Counted from the whole stretch's first letter, positions 35,540 through 45,574 are shown. The stretch is DNA of 63,423 nt, filler included, from 4 parts of 4 records of this genome joined end to end with filler, not necessarily neighbours in it; one strand, 5' to 3'. Made by a program: numbers and translations. Notes: a model not told the origin generated them from the letters alone.

Positions 35540-36535
35540 ATGAAATATCTTATATACACGCTTTTATTATTTTCTACAGTACTTACTGCACAACAGGACT
35601 CCATTAAAGCCTTAGATATTAATTTGAGTAACTATTCATATCCTTACGAGGTTTCTACCCTTACTATTCAAGCTCAAAACCAAAACCTTTCTTTTGCCTA
35701 TATGGATGTTAAGCCCGATAACTATAATGGTAAAAATGTTATGCTCTTGCACGGTAAAAATTTTAATGGAGCATATTGGGAAACAACTATTAATGCTTTA
35801 GCAAAAAAGGGATATCGTGTTATTGTACCAGACCAAATAGGGTTTGGAAAGTCTACAAAACCTGAACATTTTCATTATACATTTCAGCAATTGGCTTTAA
35901 ACACCAAGACCTTGTTAGATACTTTAAACATTAACAAAACTGTAGTTTTAGGACACTCTATGGGAGGAATGCTGGCTACTCGTTTTGCTTTAATGTATCC
36001 TGAAACTACACAATAATTGGTATTGCTTAACCCTATTGGTTTAGAAGACTGGAAGCTTAAAGTGCCTTATAAACCTATAGAATGGTGGTATGCAAATGAG
36101 TTAAAGAAGGATTATGAATCAATTAAAGCATACCAGAAAAAAAATTATTACGACAACACTTGGAAACCTGAGTATGATGCTTGGGTAAACCTTTTAGCAG
36201 GTTGGACATTAAGTGAAGATTATGAAAGAATATCTTGGAATGCTGCACTTACCTATGATATGATTTTTACACAACCAGTAGTATATGAATTTAAACAAAT
36301 TGAAAGTCCTACTTTATTAATCATAGGCACAAGAGATCGTACTGCGTTAGGAAAACCATTAGTGTCTGAAGACGTAAGAGCAACAATGGGATTATACGAC
36401 CAACTAGGTAAAGAGACTCGAGATAAAATACCAAATGCTACTTTGGTAGAGTTGGAAGATTTAGGCCACTTACCTCATATAGAAGATTTTGAAAGGTTTA
36501 TAACACCTTTATTAAACTATTTAGAGCGCCAGTAA
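35540..36535 (+). pseudogene. Secreted alpha/beta hydrolase interrupted by one in-frame TAA
   Basis: ORFs 35513-36016 and 36017-36535 are in the same frame. HGKNF, DQIGFGKS and GHSMGG lie before, and GHLPH after, the TAA at 36014-36016. Confidence 0.75.
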
Positions 36536-36575
36536 CACTAGCGCTCTAAACTCAATCTTATATATGTTTCTTTTA

Positions 36576-37214
36576 TTAAAGTGCCTTTAGTGCATCTTTA
36601 ATAGGAGTTTCACCTTCAATCATTTCAAAAATTGCATTTTGAGCATAATCATCTGAAACTACTGTAGCTAAAGTTTCAGCTACATCTGCTCGACTAATTT
36701 TTCCGCCTTTTTCAAATTGATCTTTAGTTTCAATCTTGCCAACAGCATCATCATTCTTTAAAGTACCTGGTCTTACAATAGTGTAAGTTAAACCACTTGC
36801 TTTTAAATGTTCATCTGCTAAATGTTTTGCTTTTAAATACACTTGTAATGAGTCACTGTCTTCCGGATGTCCTGCTCCTATTGAGCTTAACATTACAAAT
36901 TTTTTGATGCCGCTAAGCTTAGAAACATCTATTAAACGTTTAGCACTTTCTTGGTCTATAACTATTGTCTTCTCGTCTGATGTACCACCACCAGAACCAG
37001 CTGCAAATACAACGCGATTTACATCTTTAACTACATGAGTTAAATCTTTTTCAAGGTCTCCTAATATTGTTTGTATGTTTTCGGTTTCAAATTGAGCTTT
37101 CTGGTCTTCTTTTCTAACCATTGCTACGGGTTCAAAATTAGATGAATCTTTAAGTTTCATCACAATTTGCTTTCCTGTTGTTCCGTTTGCGCCTACTATA
37201 AGTACTTTTTCCAT
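36576..37214 (-). CDS. Atypical SDR / NAD(P)H-binding oxidoreductase
   Basis: GANGTTG, FAAGSGG, YLKAK, IVRPG, ISRADVA. Confidence 0.9.
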   Translation of the reverse strand: MEKVLIVGANGTTGKQIVMKLKDSSNFEPVAMVRKEDQKAQFETENIQTILGDLEKDLTHVVKDVNRVVFAAGSGGGTSDEKTIVIDQESAKRLIDVSKLSGIKKFVMLSSIGAGHPEDSDSLQVYLKAKHLADEHLKASGLTYTIVRPGTLKNDDAVGKIETKDQFEKGGKISRADVAETLATVVSDDYAQNAIFEMIEGETPIKDALKAL

Positions 37215-37458
37215 ATCTGTTTTTTATTTAAAATTAAAGGAAAAGAACAACCTAGGTAGCTGTAAGGTGAACTTTATCATTTTATTAATACTCTTACTTA
37301 ACTCAGATTAGCTTTAAATGTTAAACCCTTATTAAGAGTAACTTAAAAAGCACTTAAAACTCCTAAAACACACCGCATTTAAGGGTGTTTTAACAAGTGC
37401 TACTATTCTATATTGTTTAAAACAAAGTATCTTGTGCTAAACAAAAATTCACGTTACT

Positions 37459-40371
37459 TTGAATCGAAAAATTACATTTCTAGTACTGTTTTCAATATGT
37501 ACTTTTAGCTTTTTACAAGCACAACAATTATCTAACCAAGACATATCTAATCGAATTGAAGAGTACAAATCTTTAGATCGTGGTCCTTATAAAAAAATTG
37601 AATGGTTTTGCGAAGATGGTACTCGTAGAGACTCTAAAGACCCTTGTCCAGATAAAATTGGTGGTGGTATACAACACGCTAGTTACAAGGATAATTTAAT
37701 TGAAATTCAGAAGAAAAATCATTTATTTTTCTCAGATATCTTAGCTTACACAGAGCAAGGAGAGTTTTGGGATAGCAGAAATAACAATTCTCGCATTAAA
37801 CAATATCAACTTAATAAATACCTACAACGTATAGATGATGGTTGGGTAAACAGACGCGCACAATATTACAGAGGTTCTGTTCAATCTGAAGATGAAGAAG
37901 AATGGGGTATAGATTTTTATAACTGGTTATTATGGAGTGATGCTCGTATAGATGCAAATTACTTTTTAATTAGAGAATCTGTAAAAGACATTCCTCACAA
38001 ATCTGAAACACAAGAAGGTGCAATTATCAGAACACTATCTAAAACTATAGGCGATAATTACTCTAGGTTTATGGATATCAGGACTAAAATTCATAACCAA
38101 CCAGAAAAGGCCAATATTCAATTAGTTAAAGAGTTTCAAGAGAAAAATGCTGAAAAGCTTCCTGAGAAAATAAAAAAACAAACCGATTCACTTATAAAAG
38201 TGATGACTGCGTATTACCAACCTATTGATATTAATGAATTTAAAGCTAATGCAAGGGTGCTACCAAACGGTTCATACTTAAGGACTAAAATTGAAAAATT
38301 TACTGAAATTCATAAAGACACTATTATAACTTCTGAGTTTATTGAAGATGCATCAAACCTAATGTGTGATATAAGAACAGAATTAACAAGTATTAGAAGC
38401 ACATCAGACAGGCTTGCAGCTTTAGATATTTCAACAGATTTAGAAAATCTTATTTTTAAAACAGCTCCAGATTGGACACCTACAACTGTCGCAGAACTTT
38501 TAGATAAGATTTACGCACTTAGTCAAGCTTCAGCTAGTGCAGGATTTGTAGAATGGTGGGAATGGAATGAGGTAGACCATTTACTGCAAAATTCAAAAAA
38601 CAAAGCGCTTACATTAGATGAGCTTAACCAAAAATTAGATGTTGCCAGGAGTCAAGTTGAATGGAGTGCAGGAATGGTAAATGCCATTTATGGTGACGAT
38701 GTTGAAACTTATGCAGGTTTTGAGCCTAAAGCAAATTCTTTTATAGACGATCGCATAAGATCTTCATTAGCATTACAATTAGGGAATAGTGTTGGAGAAC
38801 TTGGTAACTTTATTGCAGAAGAAGCTAATCTCTCAAATAAAGTAGAAGGTGTAAGCAACCAAAGCAGTATAAGAGGTCTAAATCCTGGGTATGCACTTGG
38901 TGAACTTGTAGTTGTAAAAAATGCAGTAGACCATTACGATGTATCTCCTAATAAGATATATATTTTTCAAAGACCACCTTCAGATCTTAAACCAGTTGCT
39001 GGTATTGCTACAGTTACAGAAGGTAACTTGGTATCACACGTGCAATTGTTAGCTCGAAATTTAGGAATTCCAAATGCTGTTATTTCTAATGAAACTATAG
39101 ATGATATAAGCAAGTATCATGGCAAACAGATGTTTTATGCTGTTTCTAATAAAGGAACTGTTATCTTGAAGCCAGCAGATGATATGAGTAATGATGAAGA
39201 AGAGCTTTTTGAAGTAAAAAAACGAGATCAGGAAAAAATTGCAGTACCTACTCAAAAAATAGATTTAAGTAGAACAACTCCTATGGATCTTAGTGAGTTA
39301 AATGCTGCAAGTTCTGGTAAATATTGTGGTCCTAAAGCAGCCAATTTAGGACAATTAAAACAAATGTTTCCAGATAAAGTGGTTAATGGTTCTGTTATCC
39401 CTTTTGGGATATTTAAGGAGCATATGAACCAAGATATGCCATTACAAGAAGGCAGTTATTGGGATTATCTTACAGAGACTTTTGCTCAAGCTTCTAAAAT
39501 GAGAGCAGAAGATTTTTCTGAAGAGCAAGTACAATTATGTACTTTGGACAGAATGCTTCAGCTTAGGGAAGCTATCGCAAAAATGCCATTAAAGCAAAGC
39601 TTCTTAAATGATTTAGAGCAGAGTTTTCAAAAGAACTTTAATACTTCAATTGGCGGTACACCTGTATTTTTAAGAAGTGATACTAATATGGAAGATTTAG
39701 ATAGCTTTACAGGAGCAGGTTTAAATCTAACTGTTTTCAATGTAAGAGATAGAGAAAAGATTTTAAAAGGAATTAAAGATGTTTGGGCTTCTCCATATAC
39801 AGAACGTAGTTTTAAATGGCGACAACAATATTTAAATAATCCTGAAAATGTGTATCCGTCTATTTTGATCATTCCTTCTGTAGATGTTGAGTATTCTGGT
39901 GTATTAATTACAAAAGGCATAAGCAACAATAATGAAGACGACTTAACAGTAGCTTTCTCAAGAGGTGCTGGTGGCGCAGTAGATGGTCAATCTGCCGAGG
40001 CTTGGTTAATTGACACCTTTCAATCTGCACGTTTACTTTCTCCTGCTAGAGAACCTTATTACAACAGGCTACCTGCAAATGGTGGATTAGAACGAAACAT
40101 TGCAACGTTTGAAGCTCCTATACTCTCAGAAAAAAATATTGGAGATATAAGAGATTTGGCCAAAGATATAAGAGTAACCTTGCCTAAAGCTACTACGGCA
40201 GATAATACTGGACCTTATGATGTAGAGCTTGGCTTTTTAAATAATAAACTCTGGTTATTTCAAATTAGGCCTTTTGTAGAAAATGACAATGCCAAAAGTT
40301 CTGAATACTTAAAATCTATTAGCCCAGAAGTTGATGGTTCAAAAACTATTTCTTTAAACACAACATTATAA
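37459..40371 (+). CDS. Signal-peptide-bearing PEP/pyruvate-binding (PPDK/PEPS ATP-grasp) protein with phospho-His swivel domain
   Basis: Signal peptide MNRKITFLVLFSICTFSFLQA-QQ; EGNLVSHVQLLARNLGIPNA (His527); GPKAANLGQL, FLRSDTNMEDLDSFTGAG, IKDVWASPY, DVELG...LFQIRPF. Confidence 0.88.
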   Translation: MNRKITFLVLFSICTFSFLQAQQLSNQDISNRIEEYKSLDRGPYKKIEWFCEDGTRRDSKDPCPDKIGGGIQHASYKDNLIEIQKKNHLFFSDILAYTEQGEFWDSRNNNSRIKQYQLNKYLQRIDDGWVNRRAQYYRGSVQSEDEEEWGIDFYNWLLWSDARIDANYFLIRESVKDIPHKSETQEGAIIRTLSKTIGDNYSRFMDIRTKIHNQPEKANIQLVKEFQEKNAEKLPEKIKKQTDSLIKVMTAYYQPIDINEFKANARVLPNGSYLRTKIEKFTEIHKDTIITSEFIEDASNLMCDIRTELTSIRSTSDRLAALDISTDLENLIFKTAPDWTPTTVAELLDKIYALSQASASAGFVEWWEWNEVDHLLQNSKNKALTLDELNQKLDVARSQVEWSAGMVNAIYGDDVETYAGFEPKANSFIDDRIRSSLALQLGNSVGELGNFIAEEANLSNKVEGVSNQSSIRGLNPGYALGELVVVKNAVDHYDVSPNKIYIFQRPPSDLKPVAGIATVTEGNLVSHVQLLARNLGIPNAVISNETIDDISKYHGKQMFYAVSNKGTVILKPADDMSNDEEELFEVKKRDQEKIAVPTQKIDLSRTTPMDLSELNAASSGKYCGPKAANLGQLKQMFPDKVVNGSVIPFGIFKEHMNQDMPLQEGSYWDYLTETFAQASKMRAEDFSEEQVQLCTLDRMLQLREAIAKMPLKQSFLNDLEQSFQKNFNTSIGGTPVFLRSDTNMEDLDSFTGAGLNLTVFNVRDREKILKGIKDVWASPYTERSFKWRQQYLNNPENVYPSILIIPSVDVEYSGVLITKGISNNNEDDLTVAFSRGAGGAVDGQSAEAWLIDTFQSARLLSPAREPYYNRLPANGGLERNIATFEAPILSEKNIGDIRDLAKDIRVTLPKATTADNTGPYDVELGFLNNKLWLFQIRPFVENDNAKSSEYLKSISPEVDGSKTISLNTTL

Positions 40372-40372
40372 T

Positions 40373-41683
40373 ATGAATACATTTTTAAGATACATAGCGG
40401 TTATAGGTGTTTGCCTTATCGCATTTGCATTTACAACCACTAAGTCTTATCCTATAGATGGATATGCAACAACAGGTATAAAGCGCCTATTACAATTAGA
40501 ACGTATACAAAAAGACAGTACTAAAGAATTTAGAAGAATTAGAAAAGGAGCCCTACTTCCTTTAAACTGCATAAAACTTAATCTTACAGGAAAACAGAAC
40601 AGTACTCTGAATGAACTTTTAGTAGAAGACCCAGAGTTTTCTAAAAAGCTTAAAGCAATCTTACCAAGTACTAGAGGTTATTCTGTAACTGTAATGGATA
40701 TGACAAATCCAGACAATTTAAAATATGCAGGTTATAATGAACGCGCAGGTTACCAACCAGGTAGCGTAGGAAAAATAATGGTAGCTAATGCTTTATTTAC
40801 ACAATTAAAAAAAATATGTCCTGAATCTTGGGATGCTCGAACAGAGATTTTAAAAAATAAGGTTATAAGAGCTGGAGATTGGGCATTATACGATCACCAT
40901 ACAGTGCCAATTTACGATGTAGAAGATGATAAACTTATAAAACGTACAGTAAGAGCAGATGATACGTTTACACTTTATGAATGGGTAGACCATATGATGA
41001 GTGTAAGTAACAACGGTGCTGCAAGTGTGGTTTGGCGAGAAGCTGTATTAATGGAAGCCTTTGGTTACGATTATGTTAGCCTTACAGAAGAACAAGCTAA
41101 TGCGTATTGGAAAGATACAGACCGTAGAGAGTTAACTCAACTCTCTAATGATGTTGTAAACAAACCAATTCGGTTTTTAGGTATTACTGAAGATGAGTGG
41201 CGTTTGGGTAGTTTCTTTACAAGCGGAGCAAACAAACATGTAGGTGATATTGGTGGAAGTATTGGTACACCGCTCGGTCTAATGAAATATTTAGTACAGT
41301 TAGAACAAGGTAAAGTTATAGATCCTGAAAGCAGTTTAGAAATTAAACGTTTGTTGTATATGACGGACCGTAGAATTAGATACGCCTACTCTCCTACTTT
41401 AAATGATGCTGCAGTTTTCTTTAAATCTGGTAGTTTATACAGTTGTGATCGTAGTAATGGCCAATCTTGCGCAAAATATGCAGGAAACGTTTACAATTAT
41501 ATGAATAGCGTTGCTATAGTAGAGCATCCTGATGGAAAAAAATATTTAGTATGTCTTATGACAAACGTATTAAGGAAAAACTCTGCGTATGATCACCAAG
41601 CGCTTGCTGGTAGGATAGATAATTTAGTAACAGAACGAAATGCACCTGTCGAAGTTTTAGAAGAAACAAAAGACGAGAGCTAG
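40373..41683 (+). CDS. Secreted serine hydrolase, beta-lactamase/PBP fold
   Basis: Signal peptide; S131-V-G-K, S212-N-N and K351-S-G active-site motifs. Confidence 0.8.
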   Translation: MNTFLRYIAVIGVCLIAFAFTTTKSYPIDGYATTGIKRLLQLERIQKDSTKEFRRIRKGALLPLNCIKLNLTGKQNSTLNELLVEDPEFSKKLKAILPSTRGYSVTVMDMTNPDNLKYAGYNERAGYQPGSVGKIMVANALFTQLKKICPESWDARTEILKNKVIRAGDWALYDHHTVPIYDVEDDKLIKRTVRADDTFTLYEWVDHMMSVSNNGAASVVWREAVLMEAFGYDYVSLTEEQANAYWKDTDRRELTQLSNDVVNKPIRFLGITEDEWRLGSFFTSGANKHVGDIGGSIGTPLGLMKYLVQLEQGKVIDPESSLEIKRLLYMTDRRIRYAYSPTLNDAAVFFKSGSLYSCDRSNGQSCAKYAGNVYNYMNSVAIVEHPDGKKYLVCLMTNVLRKNSAYDHQALAGRIDNLVTERNAPVEVLEETKDES

Positions 41684-41711
41684 ACTTTTTAATATATATA
41701 TATATTTAAAG

Positions 41712-41749
41712 AAAGCCTCTTCCGGATAATGTGAAGAGGCTTTTTTTTT
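41712..41749 (+). terminator. Intrinsic terminator
   Basis: AAAGCCTCTTC...GAAGAGGCTTTTTTTTT. Confidence 0.85.
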
Positions 41750-42059
41750 ATTGCTTTAAATCATTCTCACCCCATTGGTCCAAACCTATAAGAATATCTT
41801 TTAAGCTGAAACCTCGAGAGGTTAATTTATATTCTACTTTAGGAGGTACTACTGGATAAACTTTTCTAGCAACCAAGCCATCTTTTTCTAATTCTCTAAC
41901 AGTTTGTGTAAACATTTTGTTTGATATCTCTGGTACTTTCTTCTGAAGCACACCAGATCGTAAAGGACCATCTAACAAATGAAATAACACTAAAGGTTTC
42001 CATTTTGTTCCAATTAATGACATTGTATAATGTAACGGACAAGAAATAGTTGTCTTCAT
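41748..42059 (-). CDS. HxlR-family winged-helix regulator
   Basis: SCPL, GTKWK, LEKDGLVARKVYPVVPPKVEYKLT. Confidence 0.93.
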   Translation of the reverse strand: MKTTISCPLHYTMSLIGTKWKPLVLFHLLDGPLRSGVLQKKVPEISNKMFTQTVRELEKDGLVARKVYPVVPPKVEYKLTSRGFSLKDILIGLDQWGENDLKQ

Positions 42060-42090
42060 AATCTATATAACATATTGTAATTCTGCATTT

Positions 42091-42143
42091 TACTCTTTTA
42101 GGTAACTATAGCACTTTTAGGTAAGTTATTGCTTTTGAGGTAA
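42091..42143. promoter_or_regulatory. Putative HxlR operator repeats
   Basis: Three CTTTT(A/GA)GGTAA direct repeats, GGTAA spaced 19 nt apart, in the divergent hxlR-VOC intergenic region. Confidence 0.55.
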
Positions 42144-42177
42144 ATATAAAGTATTTTTACATCATAAAATTATAACT

Positions 42178-42690
42178 ATGAAAGCTAATAAGAATTATCC
42201 TAAGTCTTTTTCACACATAGGTATTACCGTTCCAGATATACAGAAAGCAGTGTCATTTTACTCAGATGTTATGGGCTGGTATGTTATTATGGAACCTTCA
42301 AAAGTTAAAAAGGAAACAGATACAGCAATAGGCCAAATGTGTATCGATGTATTTGGTAATGATTGGGAAGAGTTTGAAATTGCTCACTTGGCAACTTCAG
42401 ATGGTATTGGTGTAGAGCTTTTCTCTTTTCCGCAAGGTGTAAAGGAAGCTCCAGAATTTAATCCTTTTAATACTGGTTTATTTCACTTTTGTATTCAAGA
42501 TCCAAATATTGAAGACCTTATTGAAAAAATTAAAGCTTATGGTGGTAAACAGCGTATGCCAATTAGAGAGTATTATCCTAAAGAAAAACCTTTTAAAATG
42601 TGTTATGTAGAAGATCCTTTTGGGATTGTTTTCGAAATCTATACACACAGTTATGAGTTAACTTACTCTTCTGGTGCTTACACAGGTTAA
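42178..42690 (+). CDS. VOC/lactoylglutathione lyase-family protein
   Basis: FSHIGITVPDIQKAVSFY, GLFHFC, YVEDPFGIVFEI. Confidence 0.9.
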   Translation: MKANKNYPKSFSHIGITVPDIQKAVSFYSDVMGWYVIMEPSKVKKETDTAIGQMCIDVFGNDWEEFEIAHLATSDGIGVELFSFPQGVKEAPEFNPFNTGLFHFCIQDPNIEDLIEKIKAYGGKQRMPIREYYPKEKPFKMCYVEDPFGIVFEIYTHSYELTYSSGAYTG

Positions 42691-42697
42691 TACTATT

Positions 42698-42733
42698 TAC
42701 AGGTAGTAGCCCTATAAATAGCTACTACCTGTA
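42698..42733. terminator. Terminator hairpin between convergent genes
   Basis: 13-bp perfect stem TACAGGTAGTAGC / GCTACTACCTGTA. Confidence 0.75.
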
Positions 42734-42734
42734 T

Positions 42735-45554
42735 TTATAAAGACTGTAAATTGTCCTTAGCCTGTATTGCAAACGTTCTAATTTTTTTGTGATGATGATT
42801 AATAAGTGGCTTTACCAATTTTAAATAACGCTTATCATTTAAATGCTTGAGAAGATACAATACTGCTAGTTTAATTTTAAGATCTCTTCCCTTAAGCAAG
42901 CGTTTAAAACACGTATATTCTGAAGGAATGTCACTTAACATAGTATCAGACACATCATTAGATGCAACAAGAGTTGTATTTTCGACAATTGGTAATAAAG
43001 TACTTTTTAAGTTAGGTGTTAGCAGCGTATCTAAAAACTCGATAGCATTGGCTTGCATATCTTTCTTTTCGCTTATAATACCTTGATATGCAATATCTAT
43101 ATCCTTTTGCTGGTAACGTAATCCTAATAACTGAAAAATTTGTTCCAAACCATTTTCTAAACGTCTGTCTAACAAATCTATTAAACTTTGTCGCGCAGAA
43201 AATTCATCTAAATCGTAATCAAAATTATTTTGATCTTCAAACCTAGAACTTATTTGTTTCTGTAAAGACATAGCACTTAATGTTTCCTGATACATTTTAC
43301 ATTCAGTTAAAAGACGTCTTACAATTCTACGTTTACTAAATGTTAGTTTTGGTTTGTTATTCTTAATCTTGTTTAATGCTTTGGCAGACTCTAACCTTAA
43401 CACAATGTCTTTATGCCTTAGGAGTTTAAATAACTCGTCTACAGCAGACTGTGTTTCAAATTTAGCCATTATTGCAGGAATAAATTGCTTTGCATTTTCT
43501 GCTACAGAGCCCTTATGAAGCATAATTCGTAACGTCTTAATCATTTGTGGGCCAAACTTAAACAGAGCTTCCATAGCTTCTTCTCTGAATTTTTTTAATA
43601 GAAGAAAGTCTAATAAATAGTTTATAAAGACTGCAGCTGCACTATCTCCTGCTGCACGAATAGCAGCCAATACTACACGTTCATCTCTATTGTTAAAATG
43701 TGCTGTTATAAATGAATAATATTTAGGGTCGTGAGAATAACCAACAGCTCTTAAAAGCTCAATTGTTTCTTCAGTACGATGGTGTTCACTAGGTAGGTTT
43801 ATGTTTATTATAGCTTGCTCCAGTCTATTATGTAAATCATATTGTCTTCCTATTGATGCGTTATCTCTAGATTCTTTAGACAAACATAAAAGAGCCACAG
43901 ATGAGATATATGGATCGTCATGATTTAAATAGGAATTAAAAATCTTTAGATTGTTTACGTACGTATGCGTTAAAAGATATTCCATTGCTGAAAATACAAC
44001 GTAATCATTCTTAGAGTGTACGAGTTTTTCAACCTCAACAATAGCGGTTCCTTTGTCTAAATGATATAGATTAGAAATAGCTTCAGCTTGAATTCTTGGG
44101 TTTTTATGATGAAGTAATTGAATAACTAAAGTCTTTAATCGTTTATCTGAAATAGAATTGATACGTTTCAACATATATAATATTTCAGAATCTTCACCTT
44201 TTTCTAGTACCTCTATAACTGTTTCCTTTGTAGCTTTTGTTACTTTTTTGGGTGTTGTAGAAGATGTTTTTTCAGCGAAGCTTAATAAATTACTTCTAAA
44301 CGCATTATAATAGCTTTTCCTTACCTTAAAGATTACGATAACCCAAACTACAATTAAGATTAAAATAATAAGGGTAACATATATTGTAGGCAGTTTTAAA
44401 CCTCTTATTACAAAGATGAGAAGACAACCTGCTATACCAGTTGCAATACTATCTACAACAACATCTATAAAAGCTTTAGTTTTATTTTTTAAATCATTAG
44501 AAACTGGTAGATAAAGTAACTCTGTAGATGCTTTACTAACAGATTGCTTAAAGCTTCCATCTATCGCTTTTATTATAATTACAACCCATAATTCTGGGAA
44601 TACAAGGAACAGGACAGCTGCAACACCAATTCCTATTGGCAATAGTAATAAACTGGTTGTAACACCTAGAAAATTGAGTACACGTCTTGTAAAGAATAAC
44701 TGTATTCCCAATGAAATAACATTAAAGGTGGAAAACCAAAATCCGAAGAATGAAGCCAATTCATCTGAATCTGGAATCTTACGATATGCCAAATCACTAA
44801 ACTGATAATCTACCAACTTAGCCATTAAAACTCCCAAACCAATAATTCCCGCTATGTAAGTAAGGTGTTTAGATTTTAAGACAAGTTTAAAAGAGGTGTC
44901 TTTAGAGTATTCACTTCGTTGTTTTTGCCTGAAAAACCCTAGTTTCTTAACGTGTCTATTCCATATGAAATTTAGTATTGGTATACACGCTAGTATTAAT
45001 ACAGCCGCAATTAAAATTAAGTTTTCATTTCCGATTTTTGGCGCTAATAAGGTTGTTAGGTAACCTCCTACAATACCACCAGTTATGGCACCTGCACCAA
45101 TGAACCCGAAAAGTCGTTTTGCTTGCCGTATATTAAATACAAGATTGGCAAGCAACCAAAATTGAGATGTAGTTAATAACGCGAATAATGCTACCCATAC
45201 ATAGTATATATACAAAAGCCATTCTGCAAAAAACTTAAGGCTGAGAATAATTTTTAGTGATATAAACACTAAACTGGACACCAAGATGGTTACCGTAATT
45301 ATCTGATTTAAGGGAAAGTGCTTTAATGCTTTATTATAAAAAAAAGATGTGGCAACAGCTACTAGAGCTACCAGCAAAAAAGCATAAGGAAGCGCCTCTG
45401 ATGTAAGCTCAGAAAGAAATAATGCATTTACCGTAGGCTTTACAATTAAAAGCGTAGAAATAATGATAAATACATAAAGCTGTAATAGCAAAGAAACGGC
45501 AAATTCGCCGCTTCTTATGCCAAATGTTTTTAGAAAAAATTGTTTAATTTTCAC
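42735..45554 (-). CDS. Npt1/Npt2 (TLC ATP/ADP translocase)-family transporter fused to HEAT repeats
   Basis: N-terminal ~410 aa multi-TM domain with KPTVNALFL, QFWLLANLVFNIRQAKRLFGFIGAG, LVDYQF, ELLYLPV...KAFID; C-terminal HEAT-like repeats; ANAIEFLD. Confidence 0.85.
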   Translation of the reverse strand: MKIKQFFLKTFGIRSGEFAVSLLLQLYVFIIISTLLIVKPTVNALFLSELTSEALPYAFLLVALVAVATSFFYNKALKHFPLNQIITVTILVSSLVFISLKIILSLKFFAEWLLYIYYVWVALFALLTTSQFWLLANLVFNIRQAKRLFGFIGAGAITGGIVGGYLTTLLAPKIGNENLILIAAVLILACIPILNFIWNRHVKKLGFFRQKQRSEYSKDTSFKLVLKSKHLTYIAGIIGLGVLMAKLVDYQFSDLAYRKIPDSDELASFFGFWFSTFNVISLGIQLFFTRRVLNFLGVTTSLLLLPIGIGVAAVLFLVFPELWVVIIIKAIDGSFKQSVSKASTELLYLPVSNDLKNKTKAFIDVVVDSIATGIAGCLLIFVIRGLKLPTIYVTLIILILIVVWVIVIFKVRKSYYNAFRSNLLSFAEKTSSTTPKKVTKATKETVIEVLEKGEDSEILYMLKRINSISDKRLKTLVIQLLHHKNPRIQAEAISNLYHLDKGTAIVEVEKLVHSKNDYVVFSAMEYLLTHTYVNNLKIFNSYLNHDDPYISSVALLCLSKESRDNASIGRQYDLHNRLEQAIININLPSEHHRTEETIELLRAVGYSHDPKYYSFITAHFNNRDERVVLAAIRAAGDSAAAVFINYLLDFLLLKKFREEAMEALFKFGPQMIKTLRIMLHKGSVAENAKQFIPAIMAKFETQSAVDELFKLLRHKDIVLRLESAKALNKIKNNKPKLTFSKRRIVRRLLTECKMYQETLSAMSLQKQISSRFEDQNNFDYDLDEFSARQSLIDLLDRRLENGLEQIFQLLGLRYQQKDIDIAYQGIISEKKDMQANAIEFLDTLLTPNLKSTLLPIVENTTLVASNDVSDTMLSDIPSEYTCFKRLLKGRDLKIKLAVLYLLKHLNDKRYLKLVKPLINHHHKKIRTFAIQAKDNLQSL

Positions 45555-45574
45555 AAAGTGAAACTAAACATAAA

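Noticed and set aside
36014-36016. Stop-codon reassignment or selenocysteine/pyrrolysine readthrough
   Set aside because: The codon is TAA, which terminates many genes in the same contig; it is a single instance.
37459-40371. Annotation as phosphoenolpyruvate synthase (ppsA) or rifampin phosphotransferase
   Set aside because: No pyruvate-binding barrel, different domain order, and a signal peptide.
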